Origin: Octopus sinensis
Lineage: Eukaryota
Assembly: GCF_006345805.1 (NCBI RefSeq)
Contig: NW_021827620.1
Span: 1-10,158, forward strand
Direction of reading: 5' to 3'
DNA length: 10,158 bases
Part shown: one piece after another, positions 1 through 7,704 of the stretch
How positions within the stretch are numbered: the first letter of the stretch is position 1
Layout: every line of letters starts with the position of its first letter
Translations under genes and position numbers: made by a program
The notes under the pieces: generated by a model
What the model was told of the DNA's origin: nothing
What the model saw: only the letters and a program-made list of their open reading frames with translations
The model's database searches: none

Positions 1-198
1 CACACACACACACACACACACACATACATATATATATATACGACGGGCTTCTTTCAGTTTCCGTCTACCAAATCCACTCACAAGGCATTGGTCGGCCAGG
101 GCCTATAGCAGAAGACATTTGCCCAAGATGTCACGCAGTGGGATTGAACCCGGAACCATGTGGTTGGTAAGCAAGCTACTTACCACACAACCACTCCT
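1..198 (-). mobile_element. Family-1 tRNA-derived SINE, 5' half plus internal (CA)/(TA) microsatellite; runs off the window start
   Basis: 41-198 is the reverse complement of the head seen at 7705-7860, with A-box-like and B-box-like (GGTTCAATCCC) segments. 1-40 is the internal microsatellite. Confidence 0.9.
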
Positions 199-240
199 AT
201 GTATCTATGTATGCATGTATATGTGTCTCTTCTATTCTTT

Positions 241-571
241 ACTATTTTACTTGTTTCAGTTATTTGACTGCAGCCATGCTGGAGCACCGCCTTTAGTCGA
301 GCAAATCGACCCCGGGACTTATTCTTTCTAAGCCCAGTACTTATTATATCGGTCACTTTAGCCGAACCGCTAAGTGACGGGGACGTAAACACACCAGCTT
401 CGGTTGTCAAGCAATGCTAGGGGGACAAACACAGACACACAACACACACACATATATATATATATACATATATACGACAGGCTTCTTTCAGTTTCCGTCT
501 ACCAAATCCACTCACAAGGCATTGGTCGGTCCGGGGCTATAGCAGAAGACACTTGCCCAAGGGGCCACGAA
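241..571 (-). mobile_element. Family-1 SINE, 5'-truncated, flanked by a probable target-site duplication
   Basis: Matches the family body and tail but stops at ...CCCAAGGGGCCACG before the B box. Identical 18-mers GTGTCTCTTCTATTCTTT lie at 223-240 and 572-589. Confidence 0.88.
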
Positions 572-651
572 GTGTCTCTTCTATTCTTTTAATTCTTATA
601 AATCTTTCACTGAGGAGGAACTTGAGAAAAGTTTGGCACATTTTTACTGTT

Positions 652-654
<3 letters not shown>

Positions 655-711
<57 letters not shown>

Positions 712-891
712 ACACACACATATATATACGACGGGATTCTTTCAGTTTCCGTCTACCAAATCCACTCACAAGGCTTTGGTCGGCTCGAGGCTATAGTAGA
801 AGACACTTGCCCAAGGGGCCACGCAGTGGGACTGAACCCGGAACCATGTGGTTGGTAAGCAAGCTACTTACCACACAGCCTCTCCTACGCC
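655..891 (-). mobile_element. Family-1 SINE 5' half with (CA)n tract
   Basis: 730-891 is the reverse complement of the head starting GGCGTAGGAGAGGCTGTGTGG. 655-728 is (CA)n/(TA)n. The 3' half is absent. Confidence 0.9.
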
Positions 892-1015
892 TTGTGTTTG
901 TGTTTGTTATTGTGTTATTGATTGCAGGGGTTATGGTTGTTGTTGTTTTGTTGTTGTTATCGTTGTTGCTGTTGTCATAATCGTTGCTATTGTTGTTGAT
1001 GTTGTTGTTGTTGTT
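892..1015. repeat. Degenerate (GTT)n microsatellite
   Basis: Direct reading of TTG/GTT triplet runs. Confidence 0.9.
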
Positions 1016-1134
1016 TAACCGTAGCCTTTACACCACTCAAAAAAAAAGCGCAAAATTAAAATTCTTCTTTAGTGGACAACACCACCTCGTTTGAGGAAGA
1101 GATTGCTAGTCAATAATTTACAGAATGGTCATAA

Positions 1135-1324
1135 GGCGTAGGAGAGGCTGTGTGGTAAGTAGCTTGCTTACCAACAATATGGTTTCTGGTTCAGTCCCAC
1201 TGCGTGGTGCCTTGGTCAAGTGTCTTCTACTATAGCCTCGGGCCGACCAAAGCCTTGTGAGTGGATTTGGTAGACGGAAACTGAATGAATCTCATCGGAT
1301 ATATATGTACATATATATATATAT

Positions 1325-1385
<61 letters not shown>
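1135..1385 (+). mobile_element. Family-1 SINE 5' half followed by (TA)n
   Basis: Begins GGCGTAGGAGAGGCTGTGTGGTAAG and has B-box-like GGTTCAGTCCC. The body runs to ~1298, then (TA)n to ~1385. Confidence 0.9.
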
Positions 1386-1386
<1 letters not shown>

Positions 1387-1391
1387 CACAG

Positions 1392-1574
1392 TTTTCTCTT
1401 TACTTTTACTTGTTCAGCCATTTGACTGCGGCCATGCGGGAGCACCGCCTTTAGTCGACCAAATCGACCCGGGGACTTATTCCATCGGTCTCTTTTGCCG
1501 AACCGCTAAGTGACGGGACGTAAACACACCAGCATCGGTTGTCAAGCAATGCCAGGGGACAAACACAGACACGC

Positions 1575-1611
<37 letters not shown>

Positions 1612-1808
1612 ATATATATATTATATATATATATAATATATATATACGGCAGGCTTCTTTCAGTTTCCGTCTGCCAAATCCACTCACAAGGCTTTGGTCG
1701 GCCCGAGGCTATAGTAGAAGACACTTGCCCAAGATGCCACGCAGTGGGACTGAACCCGGAACCATGTGCTGGTTAGCCTCTACTTACCACAACAGCCACT
1801 CCTGCGCC
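1392..1808 (-). mobile_element. Family-1 SINE, near full length
   Basis: Head ends at ...CCACTCCTGCGCC (1808), internal microsatellite at ~1575-1645, tail at 1392-1420. There is a small deletion between the repeated GAATAAGT motifs. Confidence 0.92.
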
Positions 1809-1821
1809 TATATATGTATAT

Positions 1822-2192
1822 GTGGCTGTGTGGTAAGAAGCTTGCTTACCAACCATATGGTTTCGGGTTCAGTCCCACTGCGTGGTGCCTTGGTCAAGTG
1901 TCTTCTACTATAGCTTCGGGCCGACCAAAGCCTTGTGAGTGGGTTTGGTAGACGGAAACTGAAAGAAGCCCGTCGTAGGTGTGTTTGTGTGTGTGGTGTG
2001 TGTTTGGTGTGTGTATGTGTGTATATCTGTGTTTGTCCCCCCAACATCGCTCGACAACCGATGCTGGTGTGTTTAGGTTCCGTAACTTAGCGGTTCGGCA
2101 AAATAAGTCCTGGGGTCGATTTATTCTACTAAAGGCAGTGCTCCAGCATGGCCGCGGTCAAATGACTGAAACAAGTAAATGAGTAAAAGAGT
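1822..2192 (+). mobile_element. Family-1 SINE, near full length, head-to-head with the previous copy
   Basis: Starts GTGGCTGTGTGGTAAG and ends ...GAGTAAAAGAGT. There is an internal deletion near 2100. Confidence 0.92.
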
Positions 2193-2900
2193 GCGTTTCA
2201 GGAAGGGACGTACGGCAGCAGTTCCACATAACCTTTCAATAAATGCCAATATATGCCAATAATTCTTCACAACGTTAAAAGGAATGGATTGAGGCCATGA
2301 ATTCCGCGTAACGTTTGAAGAAGCAACATCGGTCAAAAGTTTGAGACAACGTCACACGTTTGAGAAAATGATGTTGGCGAAATTTGCAACATAATGCCAC
2401 AGTTTAAGGGAAGAGACGGAAACTGAAAGAAGCCCGTCGTATATATGTATATATATATGTGTGTGTGTGTTTGTGTATCTGTGTTTGTCCCCACAACATC
2501 GCTTGATAACTGATGCTGGTGTGTTTACGTCGCTGTAACTTAGTGGTTCAGCAAAAGTGACTGATAGAATAAGTACTGAGCTTACAAAGAATATGTCCTG
2601 GGGGTCGATTTGCTCGACTAAAGGCGGTACTCCAGCATGGCCGCAGTCAAATGACTGAAGCAAGTAAAAGAGTAAAAGAGTAAAGAGTAATGGTCTCACA
2701 CAACGTCATACGTTTGAAGAAATAAGGTAGACCAACTGTTTCCACAGAATGTCATACACTTTAAGTAACGGTTTCCAGCCAATAGTTCCACACAACGTCG
2801 CCCGTTTCAGGAAATGATGTGGGCTAATATTTTCATAGAGAACCACGTAACTCACTTAGGCCAATTTTCACATAGCTTTGTTATAACCAGAAATGGTTCG
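2193..2900. repeat. Decayed ~45-bp minisatellite, about 10 units, split by a SINE insertion
   Basis: Hand consensus TTCCACACAACGTCANACGTTTGAAGAAATGATGTNGGCCAATAG. Best units are 2340-2382, 2694-2738 and 2786-2829. Outer units are poorly conserved. Confidence 0.65.
2413..2690 (+). mobile_element. Family-1 SINE, 5'-truncated, inside the minisatellite
   Basis: Runs from AGACGGAAACTGAAAGAAGCCCGTCG through to an (AAAAGAGT)-type tail. Confidence 0.9.
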
Positions 2901-3022
2901 GACGAAAATGGCTCCGACTGAATTCTTTTACATCGTTTAATTTTTCTCGATAGACCAAGTGAGCAAATCTATCAGTAACGCACCTACAATGACCACTGGA
3001 AACGGCTGTAAGTCAGACTTAC

Positions 3023-3202
3023 TCGATCCCAAGACTTATTCTTTGTAAGCCTAGTACTTATTCTATTGGTCTCTTTTGCCGAACCGCTATGTTACGGGGA
3101 CGTAAATACACCAGCATCGGTTGTCAAGCGATGTTGGAGGGACAAACACAGACACATAAACATACACACATACATACATGCACACACACACACACACACA
3201 TA

Positions 3203-3238
<36 letters not shown>

Positions 3239-3450
3239 CCTGCTCGCTTAGCCAGCGGGGTGGCGTCATTCAAAGCTAAAACAACGCGAACGCATTGTGA
3301 CCAGCGATGTGTAACAACATCTGATGGTCTGGTCGGTCATGTGATCATGTGTGATGTGATATATATATATATATTATACACATATATATATATGTATATA
3401 TATATATTATATATATATATTATATATATATATATATATATATTATATTA

Positions 3451-3482
<32 letters not shown>

Positions 3483-3655
3483 CATTTATACGACGGGCTT
3501 CTTTCAGTTTTTCCGTCTACCAAATCCACTCACGAGGCTTTAGTCGGCCCGAGGTCATAGTAGAAGACACTTGCCCAAGGTGTCGCGCAGTGGGACTGAA
3601 CTCGGAACCATGTGATTAGTAAGCAAGCTACTTACAACACAGCCACTCCTGCGCC
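3023..3655 (-). mobile_element. Family-1 SINE lacking its tail, with a nested insertion in its microsatellite
   Basis: 3' body at 3023-3155 and head at 3490-3655 ending CCACTCCTGCGCC. The two parts are collinear across (CA)/(TA) tracts and a foreign 3235-3360 segment. Confidence 0.85.
3235..3360 (+). mobile_element. Probable short retroelement 3'-end fragment inserted into (TA)n
   Basis: GC-richer island bounded by (TA)n on both sides, with two hairpins and a GTGAT-type short tandem tail. Family identity and strand are inferred. Confidence 0.45.
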
Positions 3656-3684
3656 TATTATGTATGTATGTATGTATGTATATA

Positions 3685-3855
3685 TGACAACTGGTGTTGC
3701 TTTGTTTATGACCCTGTAAGATAGCGGTTTCGCAAACGCATTCGGTAGAAGTACTAGACTTCAAAAAAGAACGTAAGTACTCGGGTCGATTTATTCAAGT
3801 AAAATCCTTCAGGGTGGTGCTCCTGCATGGCCGCAGTCCAATGCTAGAAACAAGG
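3685..3855 (+). mobile_element. Old, diverged 3' half of a family-1-related SINE
   Basis: Contains GGGTCGATTTATTC and GGTGGTGCTCCTGCATGGCCGCAGTC, similar to the family 3' body with many substitutions. Confidence 0.75.
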
Positions 3856-3871
3856 AGGAAATGACGAGAAA

Positions 3872-3905
3872 CAAAGTCGATCATAGCAGAATTTGAACTC
3901 AAAAC
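3872..3905 (-). mobile_element. Short family-2 SINE fragment (B-box region)
   Basis: CAAAGTCGATCATAGCAGAATTTGAACTCAAAAC resembles the reverse complement of GTTCTGAGTTCAAATTCCGCCGAGGTCGACTTTG (units at 8731-9191). Confidence 0.6.
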
Positions 3906-4113
3906 CTTAAAGGGAGGTAACTGAATAAAGTAAAAAAAAAAAAAAAACAGGCCAACGCCGATAAATAAGGTTAGGTGAAGGTTCAGAGGCAATAGGGGTC
4001 AGCTGGTCAGGGTTTCACCTTCCCCTGCCCTTCATCCACATCCATAACAGGCCGCCTTTCAGTTTTTTGACATGTGAACACAAGCAGAGATGGGAAGATA
4101 CAAGTGATGTCTA

Positions 4114-4320
4114 TGTGTGTAGGTATGTGCGTGCGTGTGTGTTTGCGTGTGTTTGCGTGTGTGTGTGTGTGTGCATGTGTGTGTGTGTGTATGTGTGCGT
4201 GTGTGCGTCTGTGTGTGTGTGTGTGCTCGTATGCGTGCGTGTGTGTGTCTGTGTGTGTGTGTTGCTCGTATGCGTGCGTGTGTGTGTGCGTGTGTGTGTG
4301 TGTGTGCATGTGTGTGTGTT

Positions 4321-4358
<38 letters not shown>

Positions 4359-4361
4359 CGT
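4114..4361. repeat. Imperfect (TG)n/(TGCG)n microsatellite
   Basis: Direct reading. Confidence 0.95.
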
Positions 4362-4404
4362 TTCATGCATAACGTTCGTTGACCGAGAAACCATTTTGGA
4401 GTGC

Positions 4405-4720
4405 ACTCTCTGTCTCTCTCTCTCTCTCTCTCTATCTCCCTATATCCCCCCTCTCTATCTCCCTATATCCCCCTCTCTCTCTCTCCCTATATCCCCCTCT
4501 CTCTCTCTCCCTCGCTCACTACATCTATTTCATCTCGCAATTTCTCTCTATCTCCTTATCATTCCATCTCTCTCATTCTCCCTCCCCCTCTTTCATTCAC
4601 ACTCTCTCTCTTTCAGTCTTCTCCTTCGCTTCTATTTCTTACTCCTACTGAACCCCACATTCGCCAACCACTTTTTCTAACTCCCTCTCTTTCTCTCTCT
4701 CTCACTATGTCTATTCTATC
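4405..4720. repeat. Pyrimidine-rich low-complexity tract with three ~23-bp CTCCCTATATCCCCC units
   Basis: Direct reading; units at ~4428-4510. Confidence 0.85.
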
Positions 4721-4769
4721 CCTCTATATCTTTTATTTCAATGCTTGTCCGGTTTCTCTCTCCCTCCTT

Positions 4770-4783
4770 TTATCTATCTATCC

Positions 4784-4853
<70 letters not shown>

Positions 4854-4901
4854 GTCTACCTGTCTGTCTGTCTGTCCGTCCTTCCGTCCGTCCGTCCGTC
4901 C

Positions 4902-4943
<42 letters not shown>

Positions 4944-4978
4944 ATATATATATATAACTTGTTGCAAAACCCTTATTG

Positions 4979-5020
<42 letters not shown>
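4770..5020. repeat. Compound microsatellite (TATC)n-(TGTC)n-(CGTC)n-(TC)n-(TA)n, with a short unique insert at 4956-4980
   Basis: Direct reading. Confidence 0.9.
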
Positions 5021-5023
<3 letters not shown>

Positions 5024-5680
5024 GGCTTAGAGAAGAAGAAGAAACGAAACGAAACGAATCGAATCGAATCGAATCGACGCGAGGGCGCTCAGTCTACACA
5101 ATAGTGTAATAAATAAGATATATGCATACATACAAACATATATGTACGTACCTACATCTACATGTATATATACATGCATATATAATATATATACGTGTGT
5201 ACAGGACCCACAATAGACGTAGACTCAACGAGAAACGAAAAAGTAAAAACAGCATGAAACGGACCATTTTTTTAAACAACGTAAAAACATAGTACAAGAC
5301 AACTACACAAGGAAAATCCCTTCATCAGATGTCCTAGTTCAACTCCAGCGTGTTTCGAAGGTGAGGACAGAACACGACTCGTCGAACTAGTCCTTCCTTG
5401 CGAAAGAATTAAATAAAATTGCAGAGGGGTAAAAACAAGGAAAAAATGTGACAAAAACAGGACGTAAAAACAATACATTAAAAACAAATCAAAATAAAAT
5501 ACAATTACAAAAAATACAGTACAAGAAGGAATAAAAACAGGACAGGAAAACAAACATGAGGGCCTATAAGCCTAGACGAGGAAAAAAATTTTTTTCACGA
5601 GCGCAGGAAGAAACATGTTTACTTGAAGGAAACCGCCAGCGAAAGGAAGTTCGTCGACATGGCTGTGAGAGTGATGAGGA

Positions 5681-5717
<37 letters not shown>

Positions 5718-5849
5718 GGAAGCCAAAGAGGGTGAAAAAAAAGAGAGGAGTTATAGAGTTTCGTGTCATAATTATATATAAAAACCGGCTTAGAGAAGAA
5801 GAAGAAACGAAACGAAACGAAACGAATCGAATCGACGCGAGGGCGCTCA
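5021..5849 (-). mobile_element. 829-bp non-coding element with terminal direct repeats (5021-5091, 5784-5849); candidate non-autonomous Penelope-like or retrozyme-like element
   Basis: Both repeats read ACCGGCTTAGAGAAGAAGAA-(GAAAC)n-(GAATC)n-GACGCGAGGGCGCTCA, period 763 bp. The interior is U-rich on the minus strand and carries a hammerhead-like motif. The repeats are observed; the class and strand are inferred. Confidence 0.55.
5318..5376 (-). ncRNA. Hammerhead-ribozyme-like motif with non-standard segment order
   Basis: Minus strand reads CGUGU-U-C-UGUCCU-CA-CCUUC-GAAA-CACG-(13 nt)-AGGACA-U-CUGAUGA-AGGG. Stem III has 5 bp, stem I 6 bp and the triplet is GUU. The stem II register and the 1.1-2.1 pair are imperfect. 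Confidence 0.5.
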
Positions 5850-6057
5850 TCATTCACAACACACACACAACACACACACATATATATATATATATATAAT
5901 ATATATATTATATATATATATATATATACACAAACGGCCTCGAACACACAAGTGCAAACAAGGGAGACAGAGAAAGGCAGATCCACTTATATTTGAACAC
6001 TATAACATTATTTTTAAAAAACTTTTCTTTTAATTTTTCCAAATTTAATTATTTCAT

Positions 6058-6105
6058 CGTTACAGTTGAAAAGGTCTCAAAATGACCGAAATCGGTACTG
6101 AAATG
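6058..6105 (+). ncRNA. Minimal type I hammerhead ribozyme, U3-A8 core variant
   Basis: CGUUACAG-UUGAAAA-GGUC(UCAAAAU)GACC-GAAA-UCG-GUA-CUGAAAUG. Stem I pairs 7 of 8, stem II is 4 perfect bp, and the AUCGGU stem III is self-complementary. Predicted cut is 6097/6098. Confidence 0.7.
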
Positions 6106-6237
6106 TTCACTATAAAATTATTTTAGCATTTTCTATTTTGACTTGTTTTTTCATATATTCAACTCGTGTGTTCCTTTTCACCTTATACATATATAAATAT
6201 ACTATATATTATATATATATATATATATATATTATAG

Positions 6238-6275
<38 letters not shown>

Positions 6276-6629
6276 TTATATATATATTATAACAATAAGG
6301 GTTTGCAACAAGTTGCTTGACCACATACCGAAATTTAGAAATAGCACCCAAAGGACTACTATTTCCTTTTTCTACCAAAATTGTTCCACAGACAACAATA
6401 TTTGTAACTCACACATGGCAAATATATATATATCTACCTTTGTCGCCTTACTCCCACTCTACGTTTCATCCTCCAGTCATTTTATTATCCACTCTTCCCT
6501 CTCTCTCCTTCCCTTCCCCCCCTCTCTATGTATCAACCCCCCACCACCACCTTTTACTTCAACCTCTGTCCATTTCCTACTTCAGCTTCTCTCTTTCCAG
6601 CACTCTTTTTATTTTCCCAGTTAGAGTAT

Positions 6630-6760
6630 CATTCTCTCTCTCTCTCTCTCTCTCTCACTCTCTCATCTTCCTTCTTTCTTTCGTTCTCTCTCTCTCTCTC
6701 TCCTCTTCCTTCTTTCTTTCGCTCTTTCTCTCTCTTTCTCCATTTCCTTCATTCTTTCGT

Positions 6761-6800
<40 letters not shown>

Positions 6801-6930
6801 TTCCATCTTTCTTTCATTCTCTCTCTCTCTCTCTCTCCTCTTCCTTCTTTCTTTCGCTCTTTCTCTCTCTTTCTCCATTTCCTTCATTCTTTCGTTCTTC
6901 TCTAATCTCTCTCTCTCTCTTTCTCTCTCC
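6630..6930. repeat. CT-rich tract containing a ~135-bp tandem duplication
   Basis: CCTCTTCCTTCTTTCTTTCGCTCTTTC...ATTCTTTCGTTCTTC begins at both 6702 and 6837. Confidence 0.85.
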
Positions 6931-7018
6931 CCTCCTTATTCTTTCTCTTATTCCTGTCCTTCAATCGGAACACCCTGTCCAATGTGTCCCCACCATATTC
7001 AAACAAGCGTAGTGTATG

Positions 7019-7019
7019 C

Positions 7020-7065
<46 letters not shown>

Positions 7066-7072
7066 CAGACAA

Positions 7073-7139
<67 letters not shown>

Positions 7140-7161
7140 AACAGACAAACAGACAGACAGA
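7019..7161. repeat. (GA)n followed by (GACA)n microsatellite
   Basis: Direct reading. Confidence 0.95.
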
Positions 7162-7704
7162 GCTCTGCATGATGATGCGAAACCCGAAATACCAGTCAAA
7201 GAAGAAACGTTATATTTGAAGTCCTGATAACGTAGTACTGGATACATTAGACCTGAAGCAAAGGTGGGATGGCCACAACTGGAGCTCTTCTGAAAACATG
7301 TCTGCCTGGATTAAATATAAGACCACCGAAAATAACTTGTTATTTGGATATGAGCCAATAAGGGACCTGTTAATGGTCACATGATCGACTAGAATTCAAT
7401 TAAACCTCTTTCGGATTATGTCCAGCTTTCTTTAACCAGAAAGAACTAATGGGATAATGGAGGTGGTTCTGCATACATTCTGACAGGACAAATAGACGGG
7501 ACGGGTAGGGTTAAAAAGCATTAGACTGACCTGGGGCTAAAGACAAACAACAAAAACAACGGTGGTAGCGGCTGCGGTGGTGGTGGAAGCGGTTCAGTCA
7601 CAAATCTGATCGATCAGGACTGACCTGGAGTTAGACAACAACTACATCATCATCATCATCATCATTTCGATCGTAAGTCAAGTTGATCATGCTATGTTCG
7701 TGAG

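Larger units (their letters stand above)
4956..6314. repeat. Inverted repeat pair 4956-4983 / 6288-6314, each arm with (TA)n on its inner side
   Basis: AACTTGTTGCAAAACCCTTATTGTTATA versus TATAACAATAAGGGTTTGCAACAAGTT: reverse complements apart from one A/T indel. Confidence 0.85.

Noticed and set aside
2999-3022. GAAAC-GGCT-GTA, resembling the 3' half of a minimal hammerhead, plus the palindrome GTAAGTCAGACTTAC
   Set aside because: No CUGANGA-like core or stem I partner upstream (nearest is ACAATGA). At best a decayed relic.
3975-4110. GC-balanced unique stretch with an open plus-strand frame and a 7-bp inverted repeat
   Set aside because: No convincing splice sites or protein similarity, and the repeat is short enough to be chance.
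5556-5687. 43-codon ORF MRAYKPRRGKKFFSRAQEE...SDEEE inside the direct-repeat element
   Set aside because: Short, with composition explained by the purine-rich strand and no recognisable motif.
6030-6066. Polypyrimidine tract plus TTACAG resembling a splice acceptor
   Set aside because: No good donor follows, and the AG is better explained as stem I of the hammerhead candidate.
7170-7227. Protein-like peptide DDAKPEIPVKEETLYLKS
   Set aside because: Preceded by (GACA)n with no acceptor, and ends in a stop after a short run.
119-7247. Many 60-230 aa ORFs in the supplied track
   Set aside because: They translate microsatellites (HT, YI, CV, LS, RE, DRQT runs) or SINE sequence, with no recognisable domain.
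7561-7600. Gly/Ser-like GGT/GGC triplet run
   Set aside because: Short low-complexity tract with no surrounding reading frame.
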